A stretch of 64,000 bases of DNA from Clostridia bacterium (GTDB taxonomy: Bacteria; Bacillota; Clostridia; Christensenellales; UBA1242): positions 1,544-65,543 of the forward strand of contig JAEDFU010000004.1 of NCBI GenBank assembly GCA_016297915.1, read 5' to 3'. A model generated the notes under the pieces. That model did not search any database and was not told the origin of the DNA. It saw nothing but the letters and a program-made list of their open reading frames with translations. Numbering within the stretch: the first letter of the stretch is position 1; the number at the start of each line of letters is the position of its first letter. Shown here piece by piece: positions 49,998 through 58,749 of this stretch. Made by a program: the position numbers and the translations under genes.

Positions 49998-51005
49998 ATT
50001 GTGTTTTGTCTTTTTTTCTGGTGTATTTTGTTCTGGTTTTGGTGTGTCCAAAGTTGTATTTTGAATGCCTATCTCTATTTCATTTCGTTTGTTTGATTGA
50101 AATTTGTCAATCTCCTTATTGAGTTCTGCAGTTTTTGTCCAAAATCCAACTACATCACTAACTTTGGTTGAGTAAATAAAAGCTGTAGGATCTTCCTCTC
50201 TAAGAATTCTTGTAAGAGTTCCGCTTTGGAATTTACTAATCAAGCAGATGATATAATCTCTGTCCTCATGCGAGTACATTCCTTCGCATTTTGTGCGAGT
50301 ACAACCCCTGCTCAATTCTTCCATAATTCTCTTAGAAATTGCGTCACCCTTGTTTGTGATTATGTGATAAGCTCTTACTTGCTTGTAGCCATCGTTTACA
50401 AAATCTGTACATACAGAGCAAATTCCAAGAGCAACAATTGTATAAGGCAAAATCTCAATACCATTACTAAATACGAACAAAGAAAGTACAACTACAATCA
50501 TATCAATTATTATTACAATCGAGCCAATTGATGCCTTGGGATTTTTGCGTCTAACTATGCTTGCTATCATGTCTCCACCGCCAGTCGAGCCACCAAATCT
50601 AACAACCAAGCCAATACCAACACCCATGAGAACTCCGCCATATGTTGCCGAAATCAATGGCTCAAAGTTAAGGTTTAGATTGATAAGACTACAAAGTTCC
50701 ATTGCCACCGAAAAAGATGCAATGCCAATGAGCGATTTGATTGCAAACCTCTTGCCCAAAGCACCTAAAGCATACAAAAATAGTCCAATATTTAGTACAA
50801 AATAAATTATTGATGAATTTAAGAAATGTATTCCCATTTTGTTAAGCAATGTGCTTATTATCATGGATAGTCCCGAAAATCCACCTGTTGAGATATTGTT
50901 TGGTTCCAAAAAAATTGAAAATGCAAAACCCATTACAGTTGTGCCCAAAACAATCATCAAAATATCAAACGCTAGTTGCCATTTGTTTTTTACTTTGATA
51001 TACAT
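49980..51005 (-). CDS. YitT-family membrane protein (DUF2179 C-terminal domain) with basic C-terminal tail
   Basis: GGFSGLSMI motif, 5-6 TM helices, DUF2179-like segment (AYHIITNKGDAISKRIMEELSRGCT). Confidence 0.7.
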   Translation of the reverse strand: MYIKVKNKWQLAFDILMIVLGTTVMGFAFSIFLEPNNISTGGFSGLSMIISTLLNKMGIHFLNSSIIYFVLNIGLFLYALGALGKRFAIKSLIGIASFSVAMELCSLINLNLNFEPLISATYGGVLMGVGIGLVVRFGGSTGGGDMIASIVRRKNPKASIGSIVIIIDMIVVVLSLFVFSNGIEILPYTIVALGICSVCTDFVNDGYKQVRAYHIITNKGDAISKRIMEELSRGCTRTKCEGMYSHEDRDYIICLISKFQSGTLTRILREEDPTAFIYSTKVSDVVGFWTKTAELNKEIDKFQSNKRNEIEIGIQNTTLDTPKPEQNTPEKKTKHNKKDTK

Positions 51006-51043
51006 AAATTAACTCCTTTTTCAAAAAACACCACAAAAAAGTC

Positions 51044-51075
51044 AAAAAAACAACCTAAGTTTGAAATTTAAGTTG
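51044..51075 (-). terminator. terminator after rplL
   Basis: Minus strand: CAACUUAAAUUU/AAACUUAGGUUG stem followed by a 7-U run. Confidence 0.65.
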
Positions 51076-51097
51076 TTTTTTTGTAACTATTGGATAA

Positions 51098-51472
51098 TTA
51101 TTTAAGTTCTACGCTAGCGCCAGCTTCTTTAAGTTTTGCTTCGATTTCTTTAGCTTCTTCAGCTGGAACATTTTGTTTCAATTCCTTTGGAGCTCCGTCA
51201 ACCAATGCTTTAGCTTCGCCAAGACCAAGACCTGTAAACTCTTTAACGATTTTGATAACAGCAATCTTGTTTGCACCTGATTCTTTAAGAACTACTGTGA
51301 ATTCGCTCTTCTCTTCTGCAGCAGGAGCAGCAGCACCAGCAGCAGCACCCATAACAGCTACAGGGGCAGCAGCACTAACTCCAAATTCCTCTTCTAACAT
51401 TTTTACTAATTCGCTAACTTCCATAACAGAAAGTTTTTTGATTTCTTCTACTAATGATTTTAAATCAGCCAT
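51098..51472 (-). CDS. rplL: 50S ribosomal protein L7/L12
   Basis: Ala-rich hinge, [39 protein letters not shown]. Confidence 0.93.
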   Translation of the reverse strand: MADLKSLVEEIKKLSVMEVSELVKMLEEEFGVSAAAPVAVMGAAAGAAAPAAEEKSEFTVVLKESGANKIAVIKIVKEFTGLGLGEAKALVDGAPKELKQNVPAEEAKEIEAKLKEAGASVELK

Positions 51473-51509
51473 TTTAAATTTCTCCTTAATTTTTATTATT
51501 TTTTAATTT

Positions 51510-52013
51510 TTAGTTTTGCTTTTCAGCGATTGCATTTAATGCTCTTGCCAATGCGGAAACTGGAGCATTAAGAGTACCAAGAAGCATAGCAATAAGAACA
51601 TCTTTCGAAGGTATCTTAGATAATTCTTCAACTTGTTCCTTAGTGAATATTTGACCATTAACAATACCAAATTTAACAGCCATTTTGTTTAAGTCTTTTG
51701 AATGTTTGCAGAAAACTTTGGCAGGAGCAACTTCGTCTTCGCTAAATGCAACAGCAGTTGTTCCTTCAAACATTGTAGCATCATAACCAGTGATTCCGAG
51801 CGAATCCAAAGCACGAGTCAAAAGTCTGTTTTTGAAAACTTTGTATGTTACATTGTTCTCTCTAAATTCCTTTCTGAGTGCAGTATCTTCAGCAACAGTG
51901 ATTCCACGGTAATCTACAAAGATGATAGATTTTGCTTGCTCTAACTTTGATTTGATGTCTTCTACTAATTCTTTCTTTAATTCTAGATTAGCGCTCAAAA
52001 TATTATCCTCCAT
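51510..52013 (-). CDS. rplJ: 50S ribosomal protein L10
   Basis: IIFVDYRGITVAEDTALRKEFRE. Confidence 0.93.
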   Translation of the reverse strand: MEDNILSANLELKKELVEDIKSKLEQAKSIIFVDYRGITVAEDTALRKEFRENNVTYKVFKNRLLTRALDSLGITGYDATMFEGTTAVAFSEDEVAPAKVFCKHSKDLNKMAVKFGIVNGQIFTKEQVEELSKIPSKDVLIAMLLGTLNAPVSALARALNAIAEKQN

Positions 52014-52157
52014 TAGTTATTAAAAACAAAACATCTCATGCCTAACAAAGACACGAGATGTCAAATATTTAACACTCATCTTTCCTCGGCAAGCGTAAAA
52101 TAATTTACTTTAGGACATAGTCACTTGCTGTCTTAGGCACATAATATTTCATTTTCG
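52014..52157 (-). promoter_or_regulatory. L10 (rplJ) leader with attenuator hairpin
   Basis: The leader contains GCCUAAGACAGC (resembles the 23S L10-binding site) and a GCAAGUG/CGCUUGC helix. A terminator-like hairpin CAUCUCGUG...CAUGAGAUG (52032-52060) is followed by UUUUGUUUUU just upstream of the SD. Length matches the roughly 140-nt Firmicute L10 leader. Confidence 0.55.
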
Positions 52158-52163
52158 TTAAAT

Positions 52164-52192
52164 ATTATATATTAATTAATTTTTGTTGTCAA
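52164..52192 (-). promoter_or_regulatory. sigma-70-type promoter of rplJL
   Basis: Minus strand: TTGACA (52192-52187), 17-nt spacer, TATAAT (52169-52164). Confidence 0.7.
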
Positions 52193-52292
52193 TAGTTTTG
52201 CAAATATTTTTGCAAATTTTCAAATGTTTATTGATTTTTAAAGTTGTTCATTTTGATTGATTATAATGCTTAAATGTATATTTTTCAAACCC

Positions 52293-53867
52293 CTACACAT
52301 CCAAATCAATAAACTCATCGTAAGTGATTGATTTGTCAAATACTTTTTTGTCTGTAATTTTGATAATTCTATTACAAACAGTTTGCATAAGTTCTTGGTC
52401 ATGAGATGTAAGTAGCAAATTGCCTTTGTAACTTATAAGTCCTTTGTTGAGCGCTGTAATACTCTCCAAGTCAAGGTGGTTTGTTGGCTCATCAAATATA
52501 AGTAGATTACCAGATGTCAACATCATCTTGGCTAGCATACATCTGACTTTTTCACCACCAGATATAACCTTGGCCTTTTTTAGTCCCTCCTCACCAGAGA
52601 ACAACATCCTACCAAGCCACGAACGCAAGTAGGTTTGTTCTTGCTCTTTTGAGAATTGTCCTAACCACTCTACTAAACTTAAATCACAGTTTTCAAAGTA
52701 TGAATTGAAGTTTTGAGGAAGATACGAAAAAGTTATCGTTTTGCCCCACTTAACTGTACCAGTATAATCCTTATCGACGCCTGCAATTATATTAAATAAA
52801 GTGCTGATTGTTGTAGATTTATCACTAACAATACCGATTTTGTCATTTTTGTTTACAACAAAACTTACTCCCTCAAAAACTCCAGGTTTGGTTAAATTTT
52901 CAACAATCAAAATATCGTTGCCAGCCTCTCTATCCATTTCAAAGTTGATGTATGGATACTTTCTGGTACTTGGCTTAATGTCATTGATTGTAAGCTTTTC
53001 GAGTTCCTTTTTTCGACTTGTAGCTTGACGGCTTTTGCTTGCATTTGCCGAAAATCTTGCGATAAATTCTTGAAGTTCTTTGGCTCTAACTTCGGCTTTT
53101 TTGTTAGCTTCTTTTTGTTGTCTAAGCATAAGTTGGCTAGTTTCGTACCAGAAGTCGTAGTTTCCAAGATAAATATTGATTTTGCCGTAGTCGACATCAC
53201 AAATATGTGTGCAAACATTATTCAAAAAGTGTCTATTATGGGATACTATGATTAAGATATTCTCAAAGTTTATAAGAAATTCCTCTAACCACCTAACCGA
53301 CTTAATATCCAAGTTGTTTGTTGGCTCATCTAGGATTAGTATATCTGGATTGCCAAAAAGTGCTTGTGCAAGCAATACTTTGACCTTGATTGGTGCATCA
53401 AGAGTGCCCATCATACTATAATGTAGCAAAGTATCCACACCAAGTCCGTTAAGAAGTATTCCTGCATCACTTTCGGCCTCCCAACCACCAAGCTCTGCAA
53501 ATTCAGCCTCAAGTTCGGCAGCTTTCATGCCATCTTCTTCGTTAAAATCAGGCTTTGCATATAGAGCATCTTTTTCTTTCATAATTTCAACGAGTCTATG
53601 ATGCCCCTGCAAAACTGTATCCATTACTGTATAATCGTTAAATGCCTCTTGGTTTTGGTTCAAAACAGACATTCTTTCGCCAGGAGACACAACCACCTCA
53701 CCTTTTTGAGGTTGTAATTCGCCAGACAATACTTTTAGAAAAGTAGATTTGCCTGCACCATTTGCACCGATAATTCCATAACAGTTGCCTTTGGTGAATT
53801 TCAAATTTACTTCGTCAAACAATTTGTGACTTCCAAATTGTACACATACATTATTTACTTGTATCAT
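52293..53867 (-). CDS. ABC-F family ATPase (YbiT/YdiF-like) with degenerate second ATP site
   Basis: Colinear with E. coli YbiT. NBD1 Walker A GANGAGKST is intact. NBD2 Walker A is VSDKSTTIS instead of GTNGVGKST. The NBD2 signature ISGGEK, Walker B LLIFDEPTNHLD and SHD are intact. Confidence 0.85.
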   Translation of the reverse strand: MIQVNNVCVQFGSHKLFDEVNLKFTKGNCYGIIGANGAGKSTFLKVLSGELQPQKGEVVVSPGERMSVLNQNQEAFNDYTVMDTVLQGHHRLVEIMKEKDALYAKPDFNEEDGMKAAELEAEFAELGGWEAESDAGILLNGLGVDTLLHYSMMGTLDAPIKVKVLLAQALFGNPDILILDEPTNNLDIKSVRWLEEFLINFENILIIVSHNRHFLNNVCTHICDVDYGKINIYLGNYDFWYETSQLMLRQQKEANKKAEVRAKELQEFIARFSANASKSRQATSRKKELEKLTINDIKPSTRKYPYINFEMDREAGNDILIVENLTKPGVFEGVSFVVNKNDKIGIVSDKSTTISTLFNIIAGVDKDYTGTVKWGKTITFSYLPQNFNSYFENCDLSLVEWLGQFSKEQEQTYLRSWLGRMLFSGEEGLKKAKVISGGEKVRCMLAKMMLTSGNLLIFDEPTNHLDLESITALNKGLISYKGNLLLTSHDQELMQTVCNRIIKITDKKVFDKSITYDEFIDLDV

Positions 53868-54066
53868 ATTCTTACCTATTATATTGATATTTTTAACTTA
53901 AATAGTTTACCTAAAAAAAGCCTTTGTGTCAATACAAAACCATAGACACAGCTCCAAAAGTTAATCTCAAACTAATTTTATTACAAAATTTATCTAGCTA
54001 AGCACTGTATTTTTTGCATATATTTGATGATCCTGTGTAAAATTTTTGGATTACACAAAATCTTAT

Positions 54067-54095
54067 TTGAAATTATGTACAAAATATGATATAAT
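54067..54095 (+). promoter_or_regulatory. sigma-70-type promoter of the GNAT-domain gene
   Basis: TTGAAA (54067-54072), 17-nt spacer, TATAAT (54090-54095). Confidence 0.65.
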
Positions 54096-54124
54096 ATTTA
54101 CAATAAAAAGTATGGAGTGATATT

Positions 54125-54775
54125 ATGACAAAAAATATAAAATCAGTAATACCTCATCAAAAGTTAGGAAACATTATATTTGACCTATCTACTCATGACG
54201 AGTTGTTGTCAAACAAAATCCCAAATAACATACTCGAAGATTACAAAAACTCTGACAATCAGTCCTTTTTGTCGGACTTATATGTTAAATACATAAATGA
54301 CGACAAGATGACAAATATTATTGGTGGATTGCTAGAAAACCCAAATAAACTAGATAAGCAAGACATAATTGACTTTATTAATTCAAAATATTCTAGCAGT
54401 AGCAAAAGCAACAAATTAGAGTCTGACACCCTCTCGGCTGGAGATCACATTAGCATTAATATGTATATGCCGGAAAACCCAACTGAGAGCATATATAATT
54501 GTGAAGTCAAAATCAAGCAAACACCCAAGCATACATTGTATGCTTATATAGACAACAACTTCACTCACGAAGATTATAGAGGACTTGGTCTTATGAATTT
54601 GGGATTTGCCAAACTAGAAGAATTCCTCGCTCAAAACGATATCTACAAGGTTGTGCTTGAAGCTATTAATTTGGACGGAAATCAAAACTTAAATAAGATT
54701 TACCTAAGCAAAGGTTTTGAACAAAAAGGCGATAAATTTGTCAAAACAATTGATCAAGAAATGGAAAGATTTTAA
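54125..54775 (+). CDS. protein with C-terminal GNAT acetyltransferase-like domain
   Basis: EDYRGLGLMNLGFAKLEEF (R-x-x-G-x-G motif A) and NKIYLSKGFE. The N-terminal ~130 aa are unassigned. Confidence 0.5.
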   Translation: MTKNIKSVIPHQKLGNIIFDLSTHDELLSNKIPNNILEDYKNSDNQSFLSDLYVKYINDDKMTNIIGGLLENPNKLDKQDIIDFINSKYSSSSKSNKLESDTLSAGDHISINMYMPENPTESIYNCEVKIKQTPKHTLYAYIDNNFTHEDYRGLGLMNLGFAKLEEFLAQNDIYKVVLEAINLDGNQNLNKIYLSKGFEQKGDKFVKTIDQEMERF

Positions 54776-54849
54776 ATACAAAATGTCTATGCAACAAAGC
54801 ATTATTTTTAGGCTTATTCAAGCGATAATTTTCACATTGCATAGTACAC

Positions 54850-54882
54850 AAAAAAAATCCAAGAAAAACTTGGATTTTTTTT
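54850..54882. terminator. bidirectional terminator (GNAT gene / rplA)
   Basis: AAAAAAAATCCAAG-aaaaa-CTTGGATTTTTTTT; abuts the rplA stop. Confidence 0.85.
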
Positions 54883-54883
54883 A

Positions 54884-55564
54884 TTAATATTGAACTTTGA
54901 TACCAGGTCCCATTGTTGAAGACACTGAAACTGACTTAATATAAGTACCTTTAGCTGCTGCTGGTTTTGCTTTTACGATAGCATCCATAACAACTTTTAG
55001 GTTTTCAGCAAGTTTGTCTGCACCAAAAGAAACCTTACCAATCATAACATGGACAATGTTATTCTTGTCTAGTCTGTATTCAACTTTACCAGCCTTAATC
55101 TCAGCGATTGCCTTAGCAAGATCAGTTGTAACTGTACCGCTCTTAGGGTTTGGCATAAGACCTTTTGGTCCCAAAACCTTAGCAATTCTACCAATTACTG
55201 GCATCATGTCTGGAGTAGTTACGCAGACATCAAAACCAAACCAGTTTTGAGTTTGAATCTTAGTAACCATATCCTCAGCACCAACAAAATCTGCACCTGC
55301 TTTGGTTGCAATATCTGCATTGTCACCCTTAGCAAATACTAAGATCTTCTTAGTCTTACCAGTTCCGTGTGGCAATACAACAACGCCTCTAACTTGTTGG
55401 TCAGCGTTTCTTCCGTCTACACCCAACTTAACATGCAATTCAACTGTTTCGTCAAACTTTGCACTTGCAGTCTTAACTGCTAGGTCTAGAGCATCTGCTA
55501 CTGTATATAGAGTAGCTTTGTCTACTAATTTAGCAGACTCTATGTATCTTTTACCTTTCTTCAT
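54884..55564 (-). CDS. rplA: 50S ribosomal protein L1
   Basis: [30 protein letters not shown]. Confidence 0.93.
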   Translation of the reverse strand: MKKGKRYIESAKLVDKATLYTVADALDLAVKTASAKFDETVELHVKLGVDGRNADQQVRGVVVLPHGTGKTKKILVFAKGDNADIATKAGADFVGAEDMVTKIQTQNWFGFDVCVTTPDMMPVIGRIAKVLGPKGLMPNPKSGTVTTDLAKAIAEIKAGKVEYRLDKNNIVHVMIGKVSFGADKLAENLKVVMDAIVKAKPAAAKGTYIKSVSVSSTMGPGIKVQY

Positions 55565-55624
55565 ATTTTTCTTCTCCTTGTGGTTTTAGTGAATAAATTA
55601 CAACTAAAATTTTTATTCTCCCAC

Positions 55625-56053
55625 TTAATCAACTACCGTAACACCCATGCTTCGGCAAGTTCCCTCGATCATGCTCATAGCAGTCTCAAGTGTTGCTGCA
55701 TTAAGGTCAGGCATTTTTAGTTCTGCGATTTCTTTGATTTGTGCTTTGGTAATCTTAGCAACTTTGGTTTTAATTGAATTAGCTGAACCGCTTTCGATTC
55801 CGCAAGCTTTTTTGATTAAAACTGCAGCTGGTGGAGTTTTGAGCACAAATGTGAAAGATCTATCAGCGTAAATTGTAACAACAACTGGAATAATAAGACC
55901 TGCTTTGTCACTAGTTTTGTCATTAAAATCCTTAACAAATGAAGGAATATTAATTCCGTAAGGTCCAAGACCGCTTCCTACTGGAGGTGCTGCCGATGCC
56001 TTACCTGCTGGTAATTGCAATTTTACAACTGCTGTAACTTTTTTCTCTGCCAT
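55625..56053 (-). CDS. rplK: 50S ribosomal protein L11
   Basis: [27 protein letters not shown]. Start set to ATG 56053 (AGGAGG 7 nt upstream) rather than 56086. Confidence 0.93.
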   Translation of the reverse strand: MAEKKVTAVVKLQLPAGKASAAPPVGSGLGPYGINIPSFVKDFNDKTSDKAGLIIPVVVTIYADRSFTFVLKTPPAAVLIKKACGIESGSANSIKTKVAKITKAQIKEIAELKMPDLNAATLETAMSMIEGTCRSMGVTVVD

Positions 56054-56169
56054 TTTTTTCCTCCTGCCAATATCTTTTGTTGGCAAATGTGGTATAAGTG
56101 AAATGCATGAACAAATTTACATTTCTCCCACTATATTTTAAATGGTTATAATAACCATAAAAAATCAAA

Positions 56170-56862
56170 TTAAATTTTGCGTACTTGTTCTAGGCTCAAA
56201 TCAACTGGGGTGTCTCTTCCAAACATCTCAACCATAACTTTGAGTTTGGCATTTTCTTTGTCAACTGCAACAACAGTTCCAACAAATCCATTGAGAGCAC
56301 CGTCCAAAACTTCGACCTTATCATTTTCGGCAATTGTAATATCTACAACTGTATTCTTTTCGAGTCTCATCTTGCGGATTTCTTCCTCAGTCAAAGGTAG
56401 TGGACGACCTTTTGGCCCAACAAAACCTGTAATTCCCCTAGTACGAGTAACAGCGTGCCAAATATCATCACCATAAATCATCTTTACAATGATATAACCT
56501 GGCATAACTTTTCTGGAAACTATTTTTTGTTTTCCGTTCTTTTCCTCTACAACATCTTCCATTGGTATTACGATATCAAATATACGATGTTGCAAACTAT
56601 ACTTGTCTTTGACGATTTCCAAATTTTCTTTGGCTACATTTTCATAACCTGAGAATGTGTGCAAAACATACCATTTTGCCTCTTCCTTTTCGCTATCAAC
56701 AATAGTCTCGGTAGTATCATCAATAAGATTGCCCGAACCTACAGTTGACTCAACCGCATCAATAGCCTCATTGCTTATAGGACTATCCACTACTTCCAAA
56801 TCGGTATTTGCAGTCTCAGATTCTAAGTTATCCAAAGTCTCGTTTAATTCTTCGTTTTCCAT
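56170..56862 (-). CDS. nusG: transcription termination/antitermination factor NusG with about 60-aa acidic N-terminal extension
   Basis: KWYVLHTFSGYENVAKENLE NGN core and C-terminal KOW domain. The extension is D/E/T/S-rich. Confidence 0.9.
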   Translation of the reverse strand: MENEELNETLDNLESETANTDLEVVDSPISNEAIDAVESTVGSGNLIDDTTETIVDSEKEEAKWYVLHTFSGYENVAKENLEIVKDKYSLQHRIFDIVIPMEDVVEEKNGKQKIVSRKVMPGYIIVKMIYGDDIWHAVTRTRGITGFVGPKGRPLPLTEEEIRKMRLEKNTVVDITIAENDKVEVLDGALNGFVGTVVAVDKENAKLKVMVEMFGRDTPVDLSLEQVRKI

Positions 56863-56883
56863 TAGAATGCTCCTTCTAGTTTT

Positions 56884-57201
56884 TTATGGTAGCAACAAAT
56901 TATTTATCAAACTAAATAATCTATCTACACCAAAAAGCAAAAGTGTACAGATTGCAACTACACTAATAACTACACAAGTATTCTTACAAACTGTTCCAAA
57001 AGAAGGTCTAGAGACTTTTTTGAGTTCGCTCCAAACTTCGCCAGCTTTTTTCTTAAGTGATTTTTTGTCGGACTTGTTTTTCTTAGCGACTTTCTTTTGT
57101 TTGTTATCTACTTTTTCGTTTTTCTTGAGTTGTTTTTTGTTAGCATCTGGAGTAATGATTTCTACATCAGACTCTGCAGGCTGTACATTTTTTTTAGCCA
57201 T
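56884..57201 (-). CDS. secE: preprotein translocase subunit SecE with basic N-terminal extension
   Basis: C-terminus ELKKVSRPSFGTVCKNTCVVISVVAICTLLLFGVDRLF. ATG 57201 preferred (GGGAAG 7 nt upstream). Confidence 0.85.
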   Translation of the reverse strand: MAKKNVQPAESDVEIITPDANKKQLKKNEKVDNKQKKVAKKNKSDKKSLKKKAGEVWSELKKVSRPSFGTVCKNTCVVISVVAICTLLLFGVDRLFSLINNLLLP

Positions 57202-57228
57202 ATTCAAACTTCCCTTAAAAATATATTT

Positions 57229-57378
57229 TTACTTTGTTTCTTTGTGAACAGTGTGTTTTTTGCAGAACTTACAATACTTTTTAACTTCGATTCTGTCTGG
57301 ATCGTTTTTCTTATTCTTTTGGCTATCGTAATTTCTTTGTTTACATTCTGTGCAAGCAATAATAATATTATCTCTCAT
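57229..57378 (-). CDS. rpmG: 50S ribosomal protein L33 (zinc-binding form)
   Basis: Not in the ORF track. Manual translation gives [55 protein letters not shown] 7 nt upstream. Confidence 0.92.
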   Translation of the reverse strand: MRDNIIIACTECKQRNYDSQKNKKNDPDRIEVKKYCKFCKKHTVHKETK

Positions 57379-57416
57379 AACAATTCTCCTTCCGATGAGT
57401 TTTCCTTAGCGAGTAA

Positions 57417-57446
57417 ATTTTAGCATAAGGACAAATGATTTGTCAA
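57417..57446 (-). promoter_or_regulatory. sigma-70-type promoter of rpmG-secE-nusG
   Basis: Minus strand: TTGACA (57446-57441), 18-nt spacer ending in TGc, TAAAAT (57422-57417). Confidence 0.6.
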
Positions 57447-57566
57447 TATCTTTACAATAAAAAATAGAGCCGTCTTGTAACTCTACTTTTATTATGCTAT
57501 ATATAATATAATATATATTAGACCAAAAATCAAGTCTTTTTAGCAATTTTGCAAATATTTTTTTGA

Positions 57567-58613
57567 TTAATAAAATTCATAACCTCTTTGCCTTGCTTCT
57601 TCCCTAGTCGTCTCGCTTATATTTTCAATCAATCCCTGTCTTTTGTATTCGTCACTTTGGCTCTTGATCTGGCTTATAATCCAGTCCCATTTTTTAACCT
57701 TTTTATAATCAAATCTTTTCGCAAACTCACCAAATTTATATTTTTCAACCCTGCGCTCAAAGTCAGCATCTAACCTTATTCTTAGATTATTAATATCATC
57801 TTCCCAAATAATATTATCTTCGTCTTGCGTTTTTATCCATTCGCAATACTTTTTGATAATTTCGTACATTTCTTGAGATTGCCCTAACTCATTATTCTCT
57901 TTGAGGTATTCCATTTGTTCGCTACTATATGTGTTGAGACCGACATTCGTATCGTTAGTTACATCACCATAGACTGGATTATATATAAGTTTTCCGTATT
58001 TGGACAATTGTGCAGCGTATATAAATGTTGGAGAAATTGAGCCAAAGAAATTTCCATTACCCGCCTTTTCGTATTTTTCGATATTATCCTTTACAATTAA
58101 ATCACTGTTATTTTCTTTTCCATTCTTTTCTCTGAAGTAGTTTAATTGCATTTCATAGGCTCTTCCATAATTCATAAAATTAGACCTATTCAGATATGAA
58201 TAGAGCACTGGCATAAGTTTATCTGGATTCTCCTTTAGTCCAATCATATCCTTTGGGAATTTGGCAACAAATACATTCTTTTCACCAGTTTCATCAACTA
58301 ACTTTTGTAAGCCATATTTTTTCACAGTTTCCTCATCGTATATTTCCACTTTGTCAGGATCAAAGCACAAAGAATAAGATCTTGGCTTATACTCAGAATG
58401 TTCAAAATTTGAATTTGAAAACATTTTTGATTTTTCTCCAAAATCGACACAGTATCCATAGCCTTGAAAAAACTTGGTTACCTCAGCACCATCATATTCA
58501 CTATACAATGTAGGCAATGTCAACGGTTGATTTGGAAGTCCATAATAAAGAAAATATAAATAATCGCCTTTTTCATTTAATGTATTACTATTTTCAATAG
58601 CATCTTTTAACAT
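57567..58613 (-). CDS. hypothetical protein (348 aa), no recognisable domain
   Basis: ATG 58613 preceded by AGGTGG 6 nt upstream; the ORF-track start 58670 is unlikely. Soluble, Y/N/E-rich. Confidence 0.55.
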   Translation of the reverse strand: MLKDAIENSNTLNEKGDYLYFLYYGLPNQPLTLPTLYSEYDGAEVTKFFQGYGYCVDFGEKSKMFSNSNFEHSEYKPRSYSLCFDPDKVEIYDEETVKKYGLQKLVDETGEKNVFVAKFPKDMIGLKENPDKLMPVLYSYLNRSNFMNYGRAYEMQLNYFREKNGKENNSDLIVKDNIEKYEKAGNGNFFGSISPTFIYAAQLSKYGKLIYNPVYGDVTNDTNVGLNTYSSEQMEYLKENNELGQSQEMYEIIKKYCEWIKTQDEDNIIWEDDINNLRIRLDADFERRVEKYKFGEFAKRFDYKKVKKWDWIISQIKSQSDEYKRQGLIENISETTREEARQRGYEFY

Positions 58614-58679
58614 AATTTTCCACCTAAAATTTATTAAGATTATAATAACACTATCAATCCCCAAAGTCAATACTGATTG

Positions 58680-58716
58680 AAAAAAAAGAGTAAAGATAGA
58701 TTTAATTCTTTACTCA
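58680..58716 (-). terminator. rho-independent terminator after the 705-aa gene
   Basis: Stem GAGTAAAGA / TCTTTACTC followed by an 8-U run on the minus strand. Confidence 0.8.
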
Positions 58717-58749
58717 TTTATAACTAAATTTTATGTTTAAACAGTAGCC

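Noticed and set aside
51090-51506. 138-aa Ala/Ser-rich ORF on the plus strand
   Set aside because: It is the exact antisense of rplL, an artefact of the Ala-rich GCN codons.
53900-53945. Hairpin TGTGTC...GACACA plus T-run upstream of the ABC-F gene as a riboswitch or attenuator
   Set aside because: It overlaps a good TTGACA-17-TAAACT promoter for the ABC-F gene on the minus strand, the stem is short, and there is no conserved riboswitch core.
56657-57247. 196-aa ORF on the plus strand
   Set aside because: Antisense to the nusG 5' extension and secE, serine/leucine-rich and without an SD.
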